Shown in pieces: positions 1 through 9,261 of a DNA stretch of 40,799 nt. Origin of the DNA: a virus. Taxonomy: Duplodnaviria > Caudoviricetes. The number at the start of each line of letters is the position of its first letter. The stretch's first letter is position 1. The position numbers and the translations under genes are program-made. The stretch is taken from the IMG/VR virus record IMGVR_UViG_3300012232_000026, positions 1-40,799 of that record. One strand, written 5' to 3'. The notes beneath the pieces are model-generated. The model saw nothing but the letters and a program-made list of their open reading frames with translations. It was not told the origin of the DNA and ran no database searches.

Positions 1-30
1 CTCAACAACACCAACCAGATCACGCCGGAC
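1..30. repeat. Terminal direct repeat (copy 1; copy 2 at 40770-40799), consistent with a circular assembly
   Basis: ctcaacaacaccaaccagatcacgccggac vs ctgaacaacgccaaccagatcacgccggac: 28/30 identical, last 20 nt identical; reading frame continuous across the junction. Confidence 0.9.
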
Positions 31-1050
31 GGCACGCGCCGGTTGGAAAAGACCGGACCCGGCGAGGCTGACTACACGCTGGTCACGGAGCTCGACCCGG
101 CGAGCAAGGCCCGCCGCGCGCAGACGGACGCGTTGCAGGCGGGCTACCTCGGGATGGGGGAGCAGTCCCTGGACCGGGTGCGCCAGGCGCTCGGCGGCGC
201 GTTCGACACGTCGGGACTCCCGGCGCTCTCCGGCGGTCCGGGGGCCGGTCCCGGCATGGCGCGGGCGAACATGGCGGGCATCCCCGGCGTGTCGCAAGGC
301 GGGGCCGAAATGGGGCCGCTGACGCGCTCCATCATCGGGGCTGACCCGAACACACGTCAGCGGGTCGAGGATTCGCTGTACGACCGTTTTTCGAGCCGTT
401 TCGAGCCGTCGGCCACGGCGCAGCAGAAGGCGCTGGACGCCAAGATCGCCAACATGGGCGGCGTCAGCACGTCCAAGGGCGCGCGGGCGATGACCGGCGC
501 GCTGACGACCTCGCTGGACGACCAGCGGCGGCAGGCGATCAACGACGCCATCCAGCAGGGCGGCGCGGAAGAAACGCGGATGCAGCAACTGGCGCAGACG
601 GCGGGCCAGTTCCAGAACACCGCGGAAGGCCAGCGCTTCCAGGAGCAGCTGGCGAACAAGGCGCAGGCCAACCAAGGGCAGGGGCAGTCGTTCGACCAGA
701 TGCTGGCCGCGCTCGGCTTCAACAACCAAGGCGCGCAGCAGGAGTTCGGCAACGCGCTCGCCGGGTCGCAGGCCGGGAACGCGGCACGCGCGCAGGGGAT
801 GCAGGAGCAGATGAACCTGCGGCAAATGCCGATCAACGAACTGATGGCGATGCTGTCCGGCACGCAGGTGAATTCGCCGCAGTTCCAAGCCATGACGCCG
901 ACGCAGATTCAAGCGACGCCGTGGATGCAGGCGGCGCAGTCCACCGGGCAGCAGAACCAGGCGGCGCAGGCGGCGAAGAACGCGAGCCAGAGCAGCATGA
1001 TGTCCGGCATCGGCTCCATCGCTGGGATGGCGGGGATGGTGGCGCTCTGA
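1..1050 (+). CDS. Putative DNA ejection/pilot protein, C-terminal part (N-terminus at 40671-40799; ~382 aa in total)
   Basis: Open frame from base 1; Gln/Ala/Gly-rich helical protein ending in a glycine-zipper-like hydrophobic tail (SMMSGIGSIAGMAGMVAL); lies after tail and GNAT genes as podovirus ejection proteins do. Confidence 0.65.
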   Translation, partial: LNNTNQITPDGTRRLEKTGPGEADYTLVTELDPASKARRAQTDALQAGYLGMGEQSLDRVRQALGGAFDTSGLPALSGGPGAGPGMARANMAGIPGVSQGGAEMGPLTRSIIGADPNTRQRVEDSLYDRFSSRFEPSATAQQKALDAKIANMGGVSTSKGARAMTGALTTSLDDQRRQAINDAIQQGGAEETRMQQLAQTAGQFQNTAEGQRFQEQLANKAQANQGQGQSFDQMLAALGFNNQGAQQEFGNALAGSQAGNAARAQGMQEQMNLRQMPINELMAMLSGTQVNSPQFQAMTPTQIQATPWMQAAQSTGQQNQAAQAAKNASQSSMMSGIGSIAGMAGMVAL

Positions 1051-1712
1051 TGCAAAGCATCTACGGCGACGACAAGCTGGTGGGCGAGATCACGCGCGAT
1101 CTGGTGGAGCGCGGCGAAACCGTGTTCCAGATTCACCGGCTCGCGGAGTCGGAGGACGAACACGTTGCGCGGCTGCTGGAATTCTTCGATCTGCCCCAGG
1201 GCGCGCGGGTGCTGGACATCGCGTGCGGCATCGGCGCGGTGGCGAAGCGCATGAAGGAGTTGCGCCCCGACCTGACGATCCTGTTGCAGAACATCAGCGA
1301 GGAGCAACTGAAATTCTGCCCGCCGGACTTCCCGCAGGTGCGGTGCGACTACCGTGATCTGCCGGACCTCGGTGTGGACGCGATCACGGTGCAGTACGCG
1401 CTGGGCCACGCCGAGTTTCCGTACGAGGTGTTCGACTCCTGCGCCAAGATTCTGCCGCCCGGCGGTCTGCTGTGCGTTTACGATTTGGTGACGGACGGTA
1501 CCGGCGACGAACTGCGCTCTACGCTGTGGTACGACGTATGGAACCCGGAGTTGATGAAGGAAATGGCGCACGACGCCGGGTTCCGGCTGGACGACGCGCA
1601 GCGCCCGGAGAAGGTGTACCTCGCGGACACCTTCAAGACGATGGACCAAGCGACGTTCGCCAAAGTGTTCCGCGACGTGTACCCGATGCTGTTCCGCTTC
1701 GTGAGGGCTTAG
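1050..1712 (+). CDS. Class I SAM-dependent methyltransferase
   Basis: Motif I RVLDIACGIG, later LPPGGLLCVYD; ATG overlaps upstream stop (TGATG); no DPPY/NPPY or PC motif, so not an obvious DNA methyltransferase. Confidence 0.85.
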   Translation: MQSIYGDDKLVGEITRDLVERGETVFQIHRLAESEDEHVARLLEFFDLPQGARVLDIACGIGAVAKRMKELRPDLTILLQNISEEQLKFCPPDFPQVRCDYRDLPDLGVDAITVQYALGHAEFPYEVFDSCAKILPPGGLLCVYDLVTDGTGDELRSTLWYDVWNPELMKEMAHDAGFRLDDAQRPEKVYLADTFKTMDQATFAKVFRDVYPMLFRFVRA

Positions 1713-2437
1713 TGTTCACGCTTGACGACAAGGTGGTGCTGCAATTCTCCGGCGGCAAGGACTCGCTGGCGTGCCTCTATTTGTTGGAGGAGTATTGGCC
1801 GCGCCTGACGGTGGTGTGGTGCGACACGGGTGACGCGCTGCCGGAAACGCACTTGCAGATGGAGGAAGTCGCCAAGCTGGTTCACACCTTCATTCGCGCA
1901 CCCAGCGATCAGCCTGGCAACATTGCGCGCAACGGGCCACCGGCTGACGTGGTGGGTGTGTGGCAGACGCCGACCGGACGCCTGCTGCGGGTGGCGCAGA
2001 CGATGCCTCCGGTGCAGGCACCGTTCGACTGCTGTGCGGAGAACATCTGGCGTCCGCTCGACCGCGCGTCGCGTGGGGCAGGCGCGACGATCATCGTGCG
2101 CGGCCAACGCAACAGCGAGGTGTTGAAGTCGCCGGTACGCAGCGGCTACATCGAAAACGGCGTGAAGTACGTCTTTCCGCTGGAAGAATGGACCGAGGCG
2201 CAGGTGGTGGAGTTCTTGGACAACAGGGGCATCGCGCTGCCGAAGCACTACGCGTATTTCAACTCGTCGCTCGACTGCGGGCATTGCACCGCGTACCTGT
2301 CGGAGAACGTGGGCCGGATGCGCTACCTGCGGGCGCACCACCTGGCGGTGCACGAGGAAGTGCAGCGACGGCTCGGGCAGATCATGTACGTCGCAGCGTC
2401 GGAGTTGCAGCACGTCACCGACGCGATCAAGGAGTGA
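1712..2437 (+). CDS. PAPS/APS-reductase (CysH)-family PP-loop protein, probable Fe-S binding
   Basis: QFSGGKDS PP-loop, WCDTG, DCC, RGQRNSE, FPLEEWT, LDCGHC; GTG start overlaps upstream TAG; lacks the C-terminal ECGLH motif. Confidence 0.85.
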   Translation: MFTLDDKVVLQFSGGKDSLACLYLLEEYWPRLTVVWCDTGDALPETHLQMEEVAKLVHTFIRAPSDQPGNIARNGPPADVVGVWQTPTGRLLRVAQTMPPVQAPFDCCAENIWRPLDRASRGAGATIIVRGQRNSEVLKSPVRSGYIENGVKYVFPLEEWTEAQVVEFLDNRGIALPKHYAYFNSSLDCGHCTAYLSENVGRMRYLRAHHLAVHEEVQRRLGQIMYVAASELQHVTDAIKE

Positions 2438-2439
2438 GT

Positions 2440-2721
2440 GTGGACTACGACGACCCCACCGAAGCGTACCGGCGTCGCAAGATGATGCAGGCGATGTTGG
2501 AGAAGGGCGCGACGAACGCGGCTCCGGCGGACAACGCGGGCCCCACGTCCGTGCTGCAACCTATCGGACAGGCGCTGAACGGCGTGGCGGCGGGCTACAA
2601 CCAGAGCATGATGGACGCGGAGAAGATGGGTAGCGCGCCTGCTGCTGGGATGACGGGCCCGCCGGTAGACCCGGATTTGCTCAAGCGCTTGTTGGCGCAA
2701 TTCAGCATGGGCGGAAGCTGA
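2440..2721 (+). CDS. Small hypothetical protein in the ejection cluster (93 aa)
   Basis: GTG start with AAGGAG RBS; N-terminal RRRKMMQAML resembles RRRKMAELL of the next gene. Confidence 0.6.
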   Translation: MDYDDPTEAYRRRKMMQAMLEKGATNAAPADNAGPTSVLQPIGQALNGVAAGYNQSMMDAEKMGSAPAAGMTGPPVDPDLLKRLLAQFSMGGS

Positions 2722-2722
2722 C

Positions 2723-4699
2723 ATGGCTACCTCGCACAACTACACCTCCGACTACGACAGCAAGGTGTCGGCACTCGCGCGCCGCCGCAAGATGGCGGAG
2801 TTGCTGCAGGCCGAAGCGCTGCGTGGCTACACGCCGCCGCCCGCGGGCCTGGCGAAAACGTCCATCTTCCAACCGCTCGGGCAGTTGGCGCAGGGGCTCG
2901 GCGCGGGCTACATGGAAATGAAGGCGAACGACGAGGACGCGGCGATCCAGGCGGACCGGAAAAAGAACATCGAACTGCTGCTCGACAAGGCGCAGGGCAC
3001 CGAAATGACGGTGCCGGGGACGCTGCCGCACCTGCCCGGCGTCGCGCCGATGACGCAGGAGGGCGCTCCGGTCGCGCCGCCGGTCGAAGGCGAGCCTGAC
3101 TTGCACCAGATGCTCAAGACGACTCTGGAAGCGCAGACCGAACAACCTGGCGCTGCGACGACGGGGCGCATTCCGTTGAACAAGCGGGACGCGCTCGCCA
3201 ACACGATGCAGTTGGGCGAAGCCCTCGGCGGCACGGCGGGCGCGGCGGTCGCTGCGAAGGCGATTGAGTCGGGCATCCCGTCCGCGAAGGAGTCCAAGAA
3301 AACGTGGGTGACGGGGCTCGACGCGAAGGGGAACCAGGTGCACGGCTGGGCTGACCCTGGTGAGAGCGACAGCCCCACGCACGGGTTCACGCAAGTCGGC
3401 GGGGCGAAGCCGGAGAAGTCGGAGTCCGAGAAGGCAATCGAAACGAAGTTCCAGAAGGCGCTGCAGCTGGGCCGGGATATGTACGGCGAAGATGCGGACC
3501 CGCGGCGGCTGAACATCTTTGCCGGGAAGCTGACGCTGGGCGACACGAAATTCGGCGCGGGACCGGACGGGCCGCAGACGATTTCGCTGGCGAACCAGGC
3601 GTGGGCCGAGGCGGGTGAGCAGATCAAGACGACACCCGACGCACAGTTCTCTCCGGGGAAGCCGAAGGCGCTCGCCCCGGTGAACCTGCCCGGCGTGCCG
3701 GGGGCGGAGTCTGCCGCTGCGCCGACGCAGCCGAAGATGATGCCGAACCAGGTGAACCCGGCGAAGATTCCGGCGAAGCAGTCGGAAGCGCAAGTCCTCA
3801 CGGAGCAACTGGCGCTTGAGAAGGGTCTGCTCGCGTCCGGCGAGAACGGGCCGGATCAGCAGTACATCCACGAGCGCAATATCAAGCAGATCACGGAGCG
3901 GCTGACCAAGATCGGCGCGCTGCCGCCGGAAGCGGTTGCACCTGGCGCGGGGGCCGCACCTCCCGCGGCTGCGCGCGTGGTGCCTAAGCTGGACGACCCC
4001 AAGGTGCAAGCGGACTACCTCGCGCAAGACCCGCGCAATGCGGTGTATCTGCCGAAGCCGCGCGGCCCGGGTGTGACGAGCCCGCCCAGCGGCAAGTACC
4101 TTGAAAAGATCGACGACGCGATGGGTGAAATCACCAAACAGCGGGACGCGAAGAAACTGGCTCCGCTGGAAACAGCGCGGGCAAGTTTTGAAACGCTGCT
4201 CGATCAGATGGCGAAAGACCCGAAGTCCGGCGTCATCAAAGACCCCGCGACGGGGCGGTACATGGGTGCCACTCCGGGTATGCAACTCGACATGCTGATT
4301 CCCAAGTGGTTCCAGTCGCAGAACGCACAAGACTTCGCGGCGTCGCACAAGTCGCTCGACAACATCTTCACGCAGATGCGGAGCGGCCTCGCGGTCACGT
4401 CGCAGGAAATGCAGAACAAGATGAAGGAACTCGGCATTGATTGGCAGGGCACGCCGGAGACATTCTGGAATGCGTACACCCGTTTCTCCGGGCTGATGGA
4501 TGCCGAGAACAACGCCATCGTCGGGCGTTACCCAAGCGTAGTGCAGGACTATTGGAACGCGACAAAGCCCACGATTACCGGGGCTGCACCGCCGCTGGCG
4601 AAGAAGGCCTCCGCGGGCGACCTCGAGGCGCGGGCGAACGCCAAGCTGGACGATGAAGTGCGTAAGCGCGCGAACAAGTTTCTGACGCCGGGGCGGTGA
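2723..4699 (+). CDS. Putative internal virion/ejection protein (658 aa)
   Basis: Long ORF, Ala/Pro/Gly-rich, GQLAQGLGAGY motif near N-terminus, synteny with podovirus ejection genes. Confidence 0.55.
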   Translation: MATSHNYTSDYDSKVSALARRRKMAELLQAEALRGYTPPPAGLAKTSIFQPLGQLAQGLGAGYMEMKANDEDAAIQADRKKNIELLLDKAQGTEMTVPGTLPHLPGVAPMTQEGAPVAPPVEGEPDLHQMLKTTLEAQTEQPGAATTGRIPLNKRDALANTMQLGEALGGTAGAAVAAKAIESGIPSAKESKKTWVTGLDAKGNQVHGWADPGESDSPTHGFTQVGGAKPEKSESEKAIETKFQKALQLGRDMYGEDADPRRLNIFAGKLTLGDTKFGAGPDGPQTISLANQAWAEAGEQIKTTPDAQFSPGKPKALAPVNLPGVPGAESAAAPTQPKMMPNQVNPAKIPAKQSEAQVLTEQLALEKGLLASGENGPDQQYIHERNIKQITERLTKIGALPPEAVAPGAGAAPPAAARVVPKLDDPKVQADYLAQDPRNAVYLPKPRGPGVTSPPSGKYLEKIDDAMGEITKQRDAKKLAPLETARASFETLLDQMAKDPKSGVIKDPATGRYMGATPGMQLDMLIPKWFQSQNAQDFAASHKSLDNIFTQMRSGLAVTSQEMQNKMKELGIDWQGTPETFWNAYTRFSGLMDAENNAIVGRYPSVVQDYWNATKPTITGAAPPLAKKASAGDLEARANAKLDDEVRKRANKFLTPGR

Positions 4700-4700
4700 T

Positions 4701-6734
4701 ATGGCGACCAAGGAAGAACTGCAGGCTGCGGTCCAGCGCGCGAAGGCGGCGAACGACCCGGAGGCGGCTGCAATGTTGCAGTCCGACCTGGATGAAGCGA
4801 CGCGCGTGGAGGCGGCGGGGGGTCAGGTCAAGGACATCACCAACAAGGTTGTGTCCGGGGTAACTGGCGCAGCCGATGCGCTCACGCCCAAGGGTACGGG
4901 CGGCGGCGGGATCATGGAGTTCGGTGAGGATCTGATCCGCAGCACCAAGGGCCTGCGCGACGCGATGACACCTGCGCCAGCGGGCGGCGGCGGTCCGTGG
5001 GAGGGTACCAAAGACGTTTACCGCAATCTGGTCGAGAACGTGCCGAACGCGGTGCGCTCCGGTGCCGGTGTGGTGAAGGGCTGGGGGCTCGGAGCCAAGC
5101 AAGGGCTGACCAAGAAGGACTACTCACCCGAATACATCGACATCTCCAAGCGGGTCAACAAGCACGTCGCGGAGCAGACGGAGCGCGAGTCGAAGCCTGG
5201 TGGCATGGTCGGCGCGATGATCCCCGAAGCGGTGCTGTCGCTGATCCCCGGGCTCGGGGAGGCGGGCGCGGCCAAGCTGCTGACCAAGGTGCCGCGCGTC
5301 GTGGAAGCGTTCAACGCGGCGAAAGAAATCCCGGTGGCGGGCAAGGTGCTGTCCGGCGCGCAGACGGCGGCGACGCTGCCGTTCAAGCGGCCCTTCACCG
5401 GGGCTACCGGAGGTGCCGCTGCATCGTCGTTCGAGCCGCGGCGCAGCGACCAGAGCCAGCTGGCGCAGACGCTGCTGATGGCGGGTGGCGGCGCGGTGGG
5501 CGACTTGATGCAGATGGTCGGTGGCCGTGCGGTCACGCCGTTCCGCACCACCGACAAGGAACGCAGTTCGTTCGTGAAGCTGTTGGAGGACAAGGGCGCG
5601 GACAGCATTTCCGTGGGCCAGGCCACCGGCTCACCGCTGTGGCAGTCCGCCGAGGTGGGGATGCGGCAGCTGCCTGTCGTCGGCTCGTTTATGACCGCGG
5701 GTAGCCGCGGGCAGAAGGTCAAGGCGGCGAACGCCGTGGCCGGGGAAATGGGGTCGAAGGGCAGCGAGGAAGGCATCACCGGCACGGTTCTCGGTGAGGC
5801 CCGGCAGCGGATCGGCGCGATGTTCGACGTGGCAAAAGCTGCCCCAGCGAACGCGCTGGACCTGGACCTCCGCAAGTCGATGAAGGCGGTCGAAGATGAG
5901 GCGAAGTTCCTCGCCAAGAACAGCAGCGCCGGGATTCACCCGGAGTTGCAAAAGCAGTTCGACATCATCAAGGCGGCACCTACGCAGTCGGTGAGCCCGG
6001 GGAAGTCGGCGCTGCTGCAGGCACCGCAGGCGAACATCAGCGGGGCGGAGTACACCGCCCGCCGGAGCGCATTGACGCGGGCTGCGGTGGACACCACCGA
6101 CAGCGACCAGCGGCGGCTGCTCAACCAGGCGCGTGACGCGCTGGACGAGTGGGCCGACCGCAACTTGAAGGTGAACGGCAAGTCGATCAGCCCGGAGTTG
6201 CGCGAGGCGCGCAAGCAGTACGCCGCGATGGAGGCAATCTCGCCCTCGGTGGAGAAGGGTGAGGTCGATTTCCGCGCGCTGGAACGCCAGCAGATCAACC
6301 GCTACGGCGACACCGGCTACGAAACCGGCGCGGGCGGCGACCTGTCGAAGTTGGCGAAGGCGGGCAAGACGGTGTTCGAGTCCCAGGGCCCCGACAGCGG
6401 CACCGCGCGCAACCTGTTCATGGCGAAGCTGTTGAAAGACCCGCGGGCGCTGATGCTGGGCGGCGGCGCGGCGGCGAGCGCGGGTGGCCTGGCGACGCCG
6501 GAGGGCGCGCAGAGTACCGCGGCGGGCGCGCTCACGCCGCTCGCGCTGTTCGCGCTGTCGCAGACCAAGGGTGGCCGCAAGTACATGACCAACTCTAAGT
6601 TGAACCAGGGCGCGGGTAAGCAGATGGCGAAGCTGCTGAAATACTCCGGCGGGTTCGGCGGGTCGCAGATGTTCAAGGACAAGGAAGACAAGTTGCCGGA
6701 CTGGATTCGCAAGTTGACTGACGAGGAAGACTGA
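4701..6734 (+). CDS. Putative large ejection (DNA transfer) protein (677 aa)
   Basis: Long Ala/Gly-rich ORF with hydrophobic glycine-rich stretches, SVGQATGS and PDSGTA motifs; immediately before the tail fibre. Confidence 0.55.
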   Translation: MATKEELQAAVQRAKAANDPEAAAMLQSDLDEATRVEAAGGQVKDITNKVVSGVTGAADALTPKGTGGGGIMEFGEDLIRSTKGLRDAMTPAPAGGGGPWEGTKDVYRNLVENVPNAVRSGAGVVKGWGLGAKQGLTKKDYSPEYIDISKRVNKHVAEQTERESKPGGMVGAMIPEAVLSLIPGLGEAGAAKLLTKVPRVVEAFNAAKEIPVAGKVLSGAQTAATLPFKRPFTGATGGAAASSFEPRRSDQSQLAQTLLMAGGGAVGDLMQMVGGRAVTPFRTTDKERSSFVKLLEDKGADSISVGQATGSPLWQSAEVGMRQLPVVGSFMTAGSRGQKVKAANAVAGEMGSKGSEEGITGTVLGEARQRIGAMFDVAKAAPANALDLDLRKSMKAVEDEAKFLAKNSSAGIHPELQKQFDIIKAAPTQSVSPGKSALLQAPQANISGAEYTARRSALTRAAVDTTDSDQRRLLNQARDALDEWADRNLKVNGKSISPELREARKQYAAMEAISPSVEKGEVDFRALERQQINRYGDTGYETGAGGDLSKLAKAGKTVFESQGPDSGTARNLFMAKLLKDPRALMLGGGAAASAGGLATPEGAQSTAAGALTPLALFALSQTKGGRKYMTNSKLNQGAGKQMAKLLKYSGGFGGSQMFKDKEDKLPDWIRKLTDEED

Positions 6735-6735
6735 C

Positions 6736-7977
6736 ATGCCCCGTAACGGAAGTGGTATCTATGTCCTCCCCGCCGGGAATCCGGTGGTGCCGGGCACCGT
6801 CATTCAGACCGCCTGGGCGAACGGCACGATGTCCGACATCGCCGCTGCGCTCACCGGATCGGTGTCCGTTGACGGACAGACCCCGGCGACAGCGAACCTG
6901 CCGATGGGCGGGTTCAAGCATACCGGCGTCGCACCGGCCACCGCCGACGATGAGTACGCCACCGCCGGGCAGGTGCAGCACCAATCGTTCAACGTCGTGC
7001 AGGCGGCGGCGATGGCGACGGTCAACGTCTACACCGGCACCATGCCGCTCGGCATCACGTCGTTCACCGACGGCATGTTCGCCATCCTCGTCGTGCCGAA
7101 CCCCGGCAGCAACACCGGCCCGGCGACGCTGAACATCAACGGCAGCGGCCCGCACAACATCCTCGACGGGACCGGCGGGCCGTTGTCCGCTGGCGCGCTC
7201 GCGCCGGGGAACATCGCGCTGCTCGGGTGGGACGGCACCAACTGGCGCAGCGTGCTGGGCGGCGCGGGTAGCGCGCTCGGCTACACGCCGGTCAACAAGG
7301 CCGGTGACACGATGACGGGGCCGCTCACCGTGCCGTCGATCTTCACCGTCGTGGCCCCGGCCACGGTCGGGCAACCGTCGCGCCTCAATTTCGAGGCACC
7401 GTGGATTCCGACGGTGGCGAACCAAGCGTTCTGCAACATCCAAGGCAACGCGCAGCAGGTGGCGGCGGGGCCGCAGCTTCTCGGCGCGTACTTCTCGTTC
7501 CGCTCGGGCGGGGCGTGGGACGCGACGCACTCGCCGGGCAAGATGATGTTCCACACCACGGCGATTACGGCGGGCGCGTCACCGACGCTGGCGCAGGAGA
7601 TCAACCCCGACCAGACGGTGCGTTCGACGCGCGGGTTCTTCGTCACCCCGTTCTCGTACGCGCCCGCAGCGGGTGCGGCGATCACGCTCGACTTCACGGG
7701 TGGCCCGGCGGCGGGCGCGGGCGCGGGCAACGGCGCGCAGACCGTGCAGGTTACGTTGGCGGGCAACCTCACGCTCACCGACGTGCTGACCCCGCTGGGC
7801 GCGATGATGCGGATTTTCTTCTATGCCACCAACCTCGGCACGGTGACGTGGCCGAGCTACGTCAAGTGGCCGGGCGGCGCGGCGGCACCTGTGCTGTCGT
7901 CCGGTCCGTTGAAGCACGCCATCGTCACCATCTGCAACAACGGAACGTGGGCGCTGGCGAACGCGAGCGTGTACTGA
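6736..7977 (+). CDS. Tail fibre / receptor-binding protein
   Basis: N-terminal MPRNGSGIYVLPAGNPVVPGT head-binding-type segment, NTGPATLNING, LGYTPVNKAGDTMTGPL and C-terminal VTWPSYVKWPGG motifs typical of fibres. Confidence 0.75.
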   Translation: MPRNGSGIYVLPAGNPVVPGTVIQTAWANGTMSDIAAALTGSVSVDGQTPATANLPMGGFKHTGVAPATADDEYATAGQVQHQSFNVVQAAAMATVNVYTGTMPLGITSFTDGMFAILVVPNPGSNTGPATLNINGSGPHNILDGTGGPLSAGALAPGNIALLGWDGTNWRSVLGGAGSALGYTPVNKAGDTMTGPLTVPSIFTVVAPATVGQPSRLNFEAPWIPTVANQAFCNIQGNAQQVAAGPQLLGAYFSFRSGGAWDATHSPGKMMFHTTAITAGASPTLAQEINPDQTVRSTRGFFVTPFSYAPAAGAAITLDFTGGPAAGAGAGNGAQTVQVTLAGNLTLTDVLTPLGAMMRIFFYATNLGTVTWPSYVKWPGGAAAPVLSSGPLKHAIVTICNNGTWALANASVY

Positions 7978-7980
7978 CCT

Positions 7981-9261
7981 ATGGCTATCGTCATCCTTCG
8001 GGAGTCGGGCAACGGACAGTCCGCCGGGCTGAACAAGCCGTACCAGAAGTTGAAGGTGCAGGTGATGGACACCGGCACGCTGCCGAACACGCCCGTCACC
8101 AATGGCAGCGTGCAGTTCCAGAACACCAACAACCTCGTCACGCAGCCCGCCGCGCCGTTCGGCGGCGCAGGTGCGTCCAACGCCGAGTGCGGCAGCGGTG
8201 GGTACGCCACGTCCGCCACGCCCACCGCGAACAACGTCGCGGGCAAGGTGACGATCCGTTGCTGGGGCTTCGGTACGGAAGTCCTGTTCACGCTGAACAA
8301 CAAGCCGCCCAGCGGCCCGCCGGAACCGTCCACCATCGCGGTCGGCACCGGCAACAACCAGACGCTGTTGCAGGGCGGCGGTCCCGGCGTCCTGCCGACC
8401 GTGCTGGTGACGGACCAGTTCGATGCGCCGTACCCCGGCGCGACGGTGCAGTTCGTCTTGCCCAGCAGCGGCCCCGGCGGTACGTTCAACGCGGGCGGCA
8501 CCACCGCCAACGCAACCACCGACGTGAACGGCATCGCCACCTGTCCGGCGTTCACGGCCAACTCGCAGATCGGCCCGTGGCAGTTGCTGGCGAACGTGAC
8601 CGGCACACTCGTCATCACCACGTTCGCGGACGTGCAGGCGCAGTTCAGCCTCTATACCAACCCGGCGTCCGGCGTTGAGGTCTGCACCGCCGCGACGATC
8701 CCATCATCGTCCGTGCAAGTCGCGCGCCCCGGCAGCACGACGGTGTGGGTCAACCCGCAGAATTGGCCCGCGACCGGTGGCGCGGTGGCGCAGAACTTCT
8801 ACGGCACCACCGCAGCCGGTGAGTTCTCCAACAACATCTACGCGTCCGGCATCGCGGCGGCGGTGGCGGCGATTCCCAACGACGCGGAGATCACGCGCGT
8901 CACGTTCTCGCACCAAGCGCAGAACGGCACGACCGGCGGCTGTCAGTTGAAGGTGTGGTTGGAGAACACCGCGTTCGGCACGCCGAAGATTTCTTCGGAC
9001 GCGACGTTCAACATTCCGAAGAACAACACGTTCGCCGTCAACACGTTCAACTGGACGACGTTCAACACACCGAACCCCGGCAGCAAGCTGCTCGGCGCGG
9101 ACGTGAAGAACGCCGGGTTCCGTATCGGCGTGTTCAACACGTTCACCAACGGCATCCTTGAGGCCGGAACGGTGAGTCTCAAGCTGCTCACGCTCACCAT
9201 CTGCTACATCCAGCCCGCCGCCATCACGGACGCCGGGGCGCTGAACTTCTGTGAGGTATAG
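7981..9261 (+). CDS. Ig-like (Big_1/invasin-type) domain protein, probably virion-displayed
   Basis: Two beta-rich repeats (SGNGQSA..LKVQV..VQF and TGNNQT..VLVTDQFDAPYPGATVQF..TTDVNGIAT); no signal peptide; in frame with the fibre gene. Confidence 0.65.
   Translation: MAIVILRESGNGQSAGLNKPYQKLKVQVMDTGTLPNTPVTNGSVQFQNTNNLVTQPAAPFGGAGASNAECGSGGYATSATPTANNVAGKVTIRCWGFGTEVLFTLNNKPPSGPPEPSTIAVGTGNNQTLLQGGGPGVLPTVLVTDQFDAPYPGATVQFVLPSSGPGGTFNAGGTTANATTDVNGIATCPAFTANSQIGPWQLLANVTGTLVITTFADVQAQFSLYTNPASGVEVCTAATIPSSSVQVARPGSTTVWVNPQNWPATGGAVAQNFYGTTAAGEFSNNIYASGIAAAVAAIPNDAEITRVTFSHQAQNGTTGGCQLKVWLENTAFGTPKISSDATFNIPKNNTFAVNTFNWTTFNTPNPGSKLLGADVKNAGFRIGVFNTFTNGILEAGTVSLKLLTLTICYIQPAAITDAGALNFCEV

Noticed and set aside
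1050-1712. DNA methyltransferase of a restriction-modification system
   Set aside because: No DPPY/NPPY or PC catalytic motif; it looks like a small-molecule or protein class I methyltransferase
1712-2437. cysH sulfur-assimilation auxiliary metabolic gene
   Set aside because: No C-terminal ECG(L/I)H catalytic motif and it lies in the virion operon; gene symbol withheld
2702-4711. Long antisense or alternate-frame ORFs (e.g. 2702-4711 -, 11943-13646 +, 16420-18144 +, 30404-32026 -, 39301-40695 -)
   Set aside because: Shadow ORFs expected from high-GC codon bias opposite well-supported genes; no recognisable motifs
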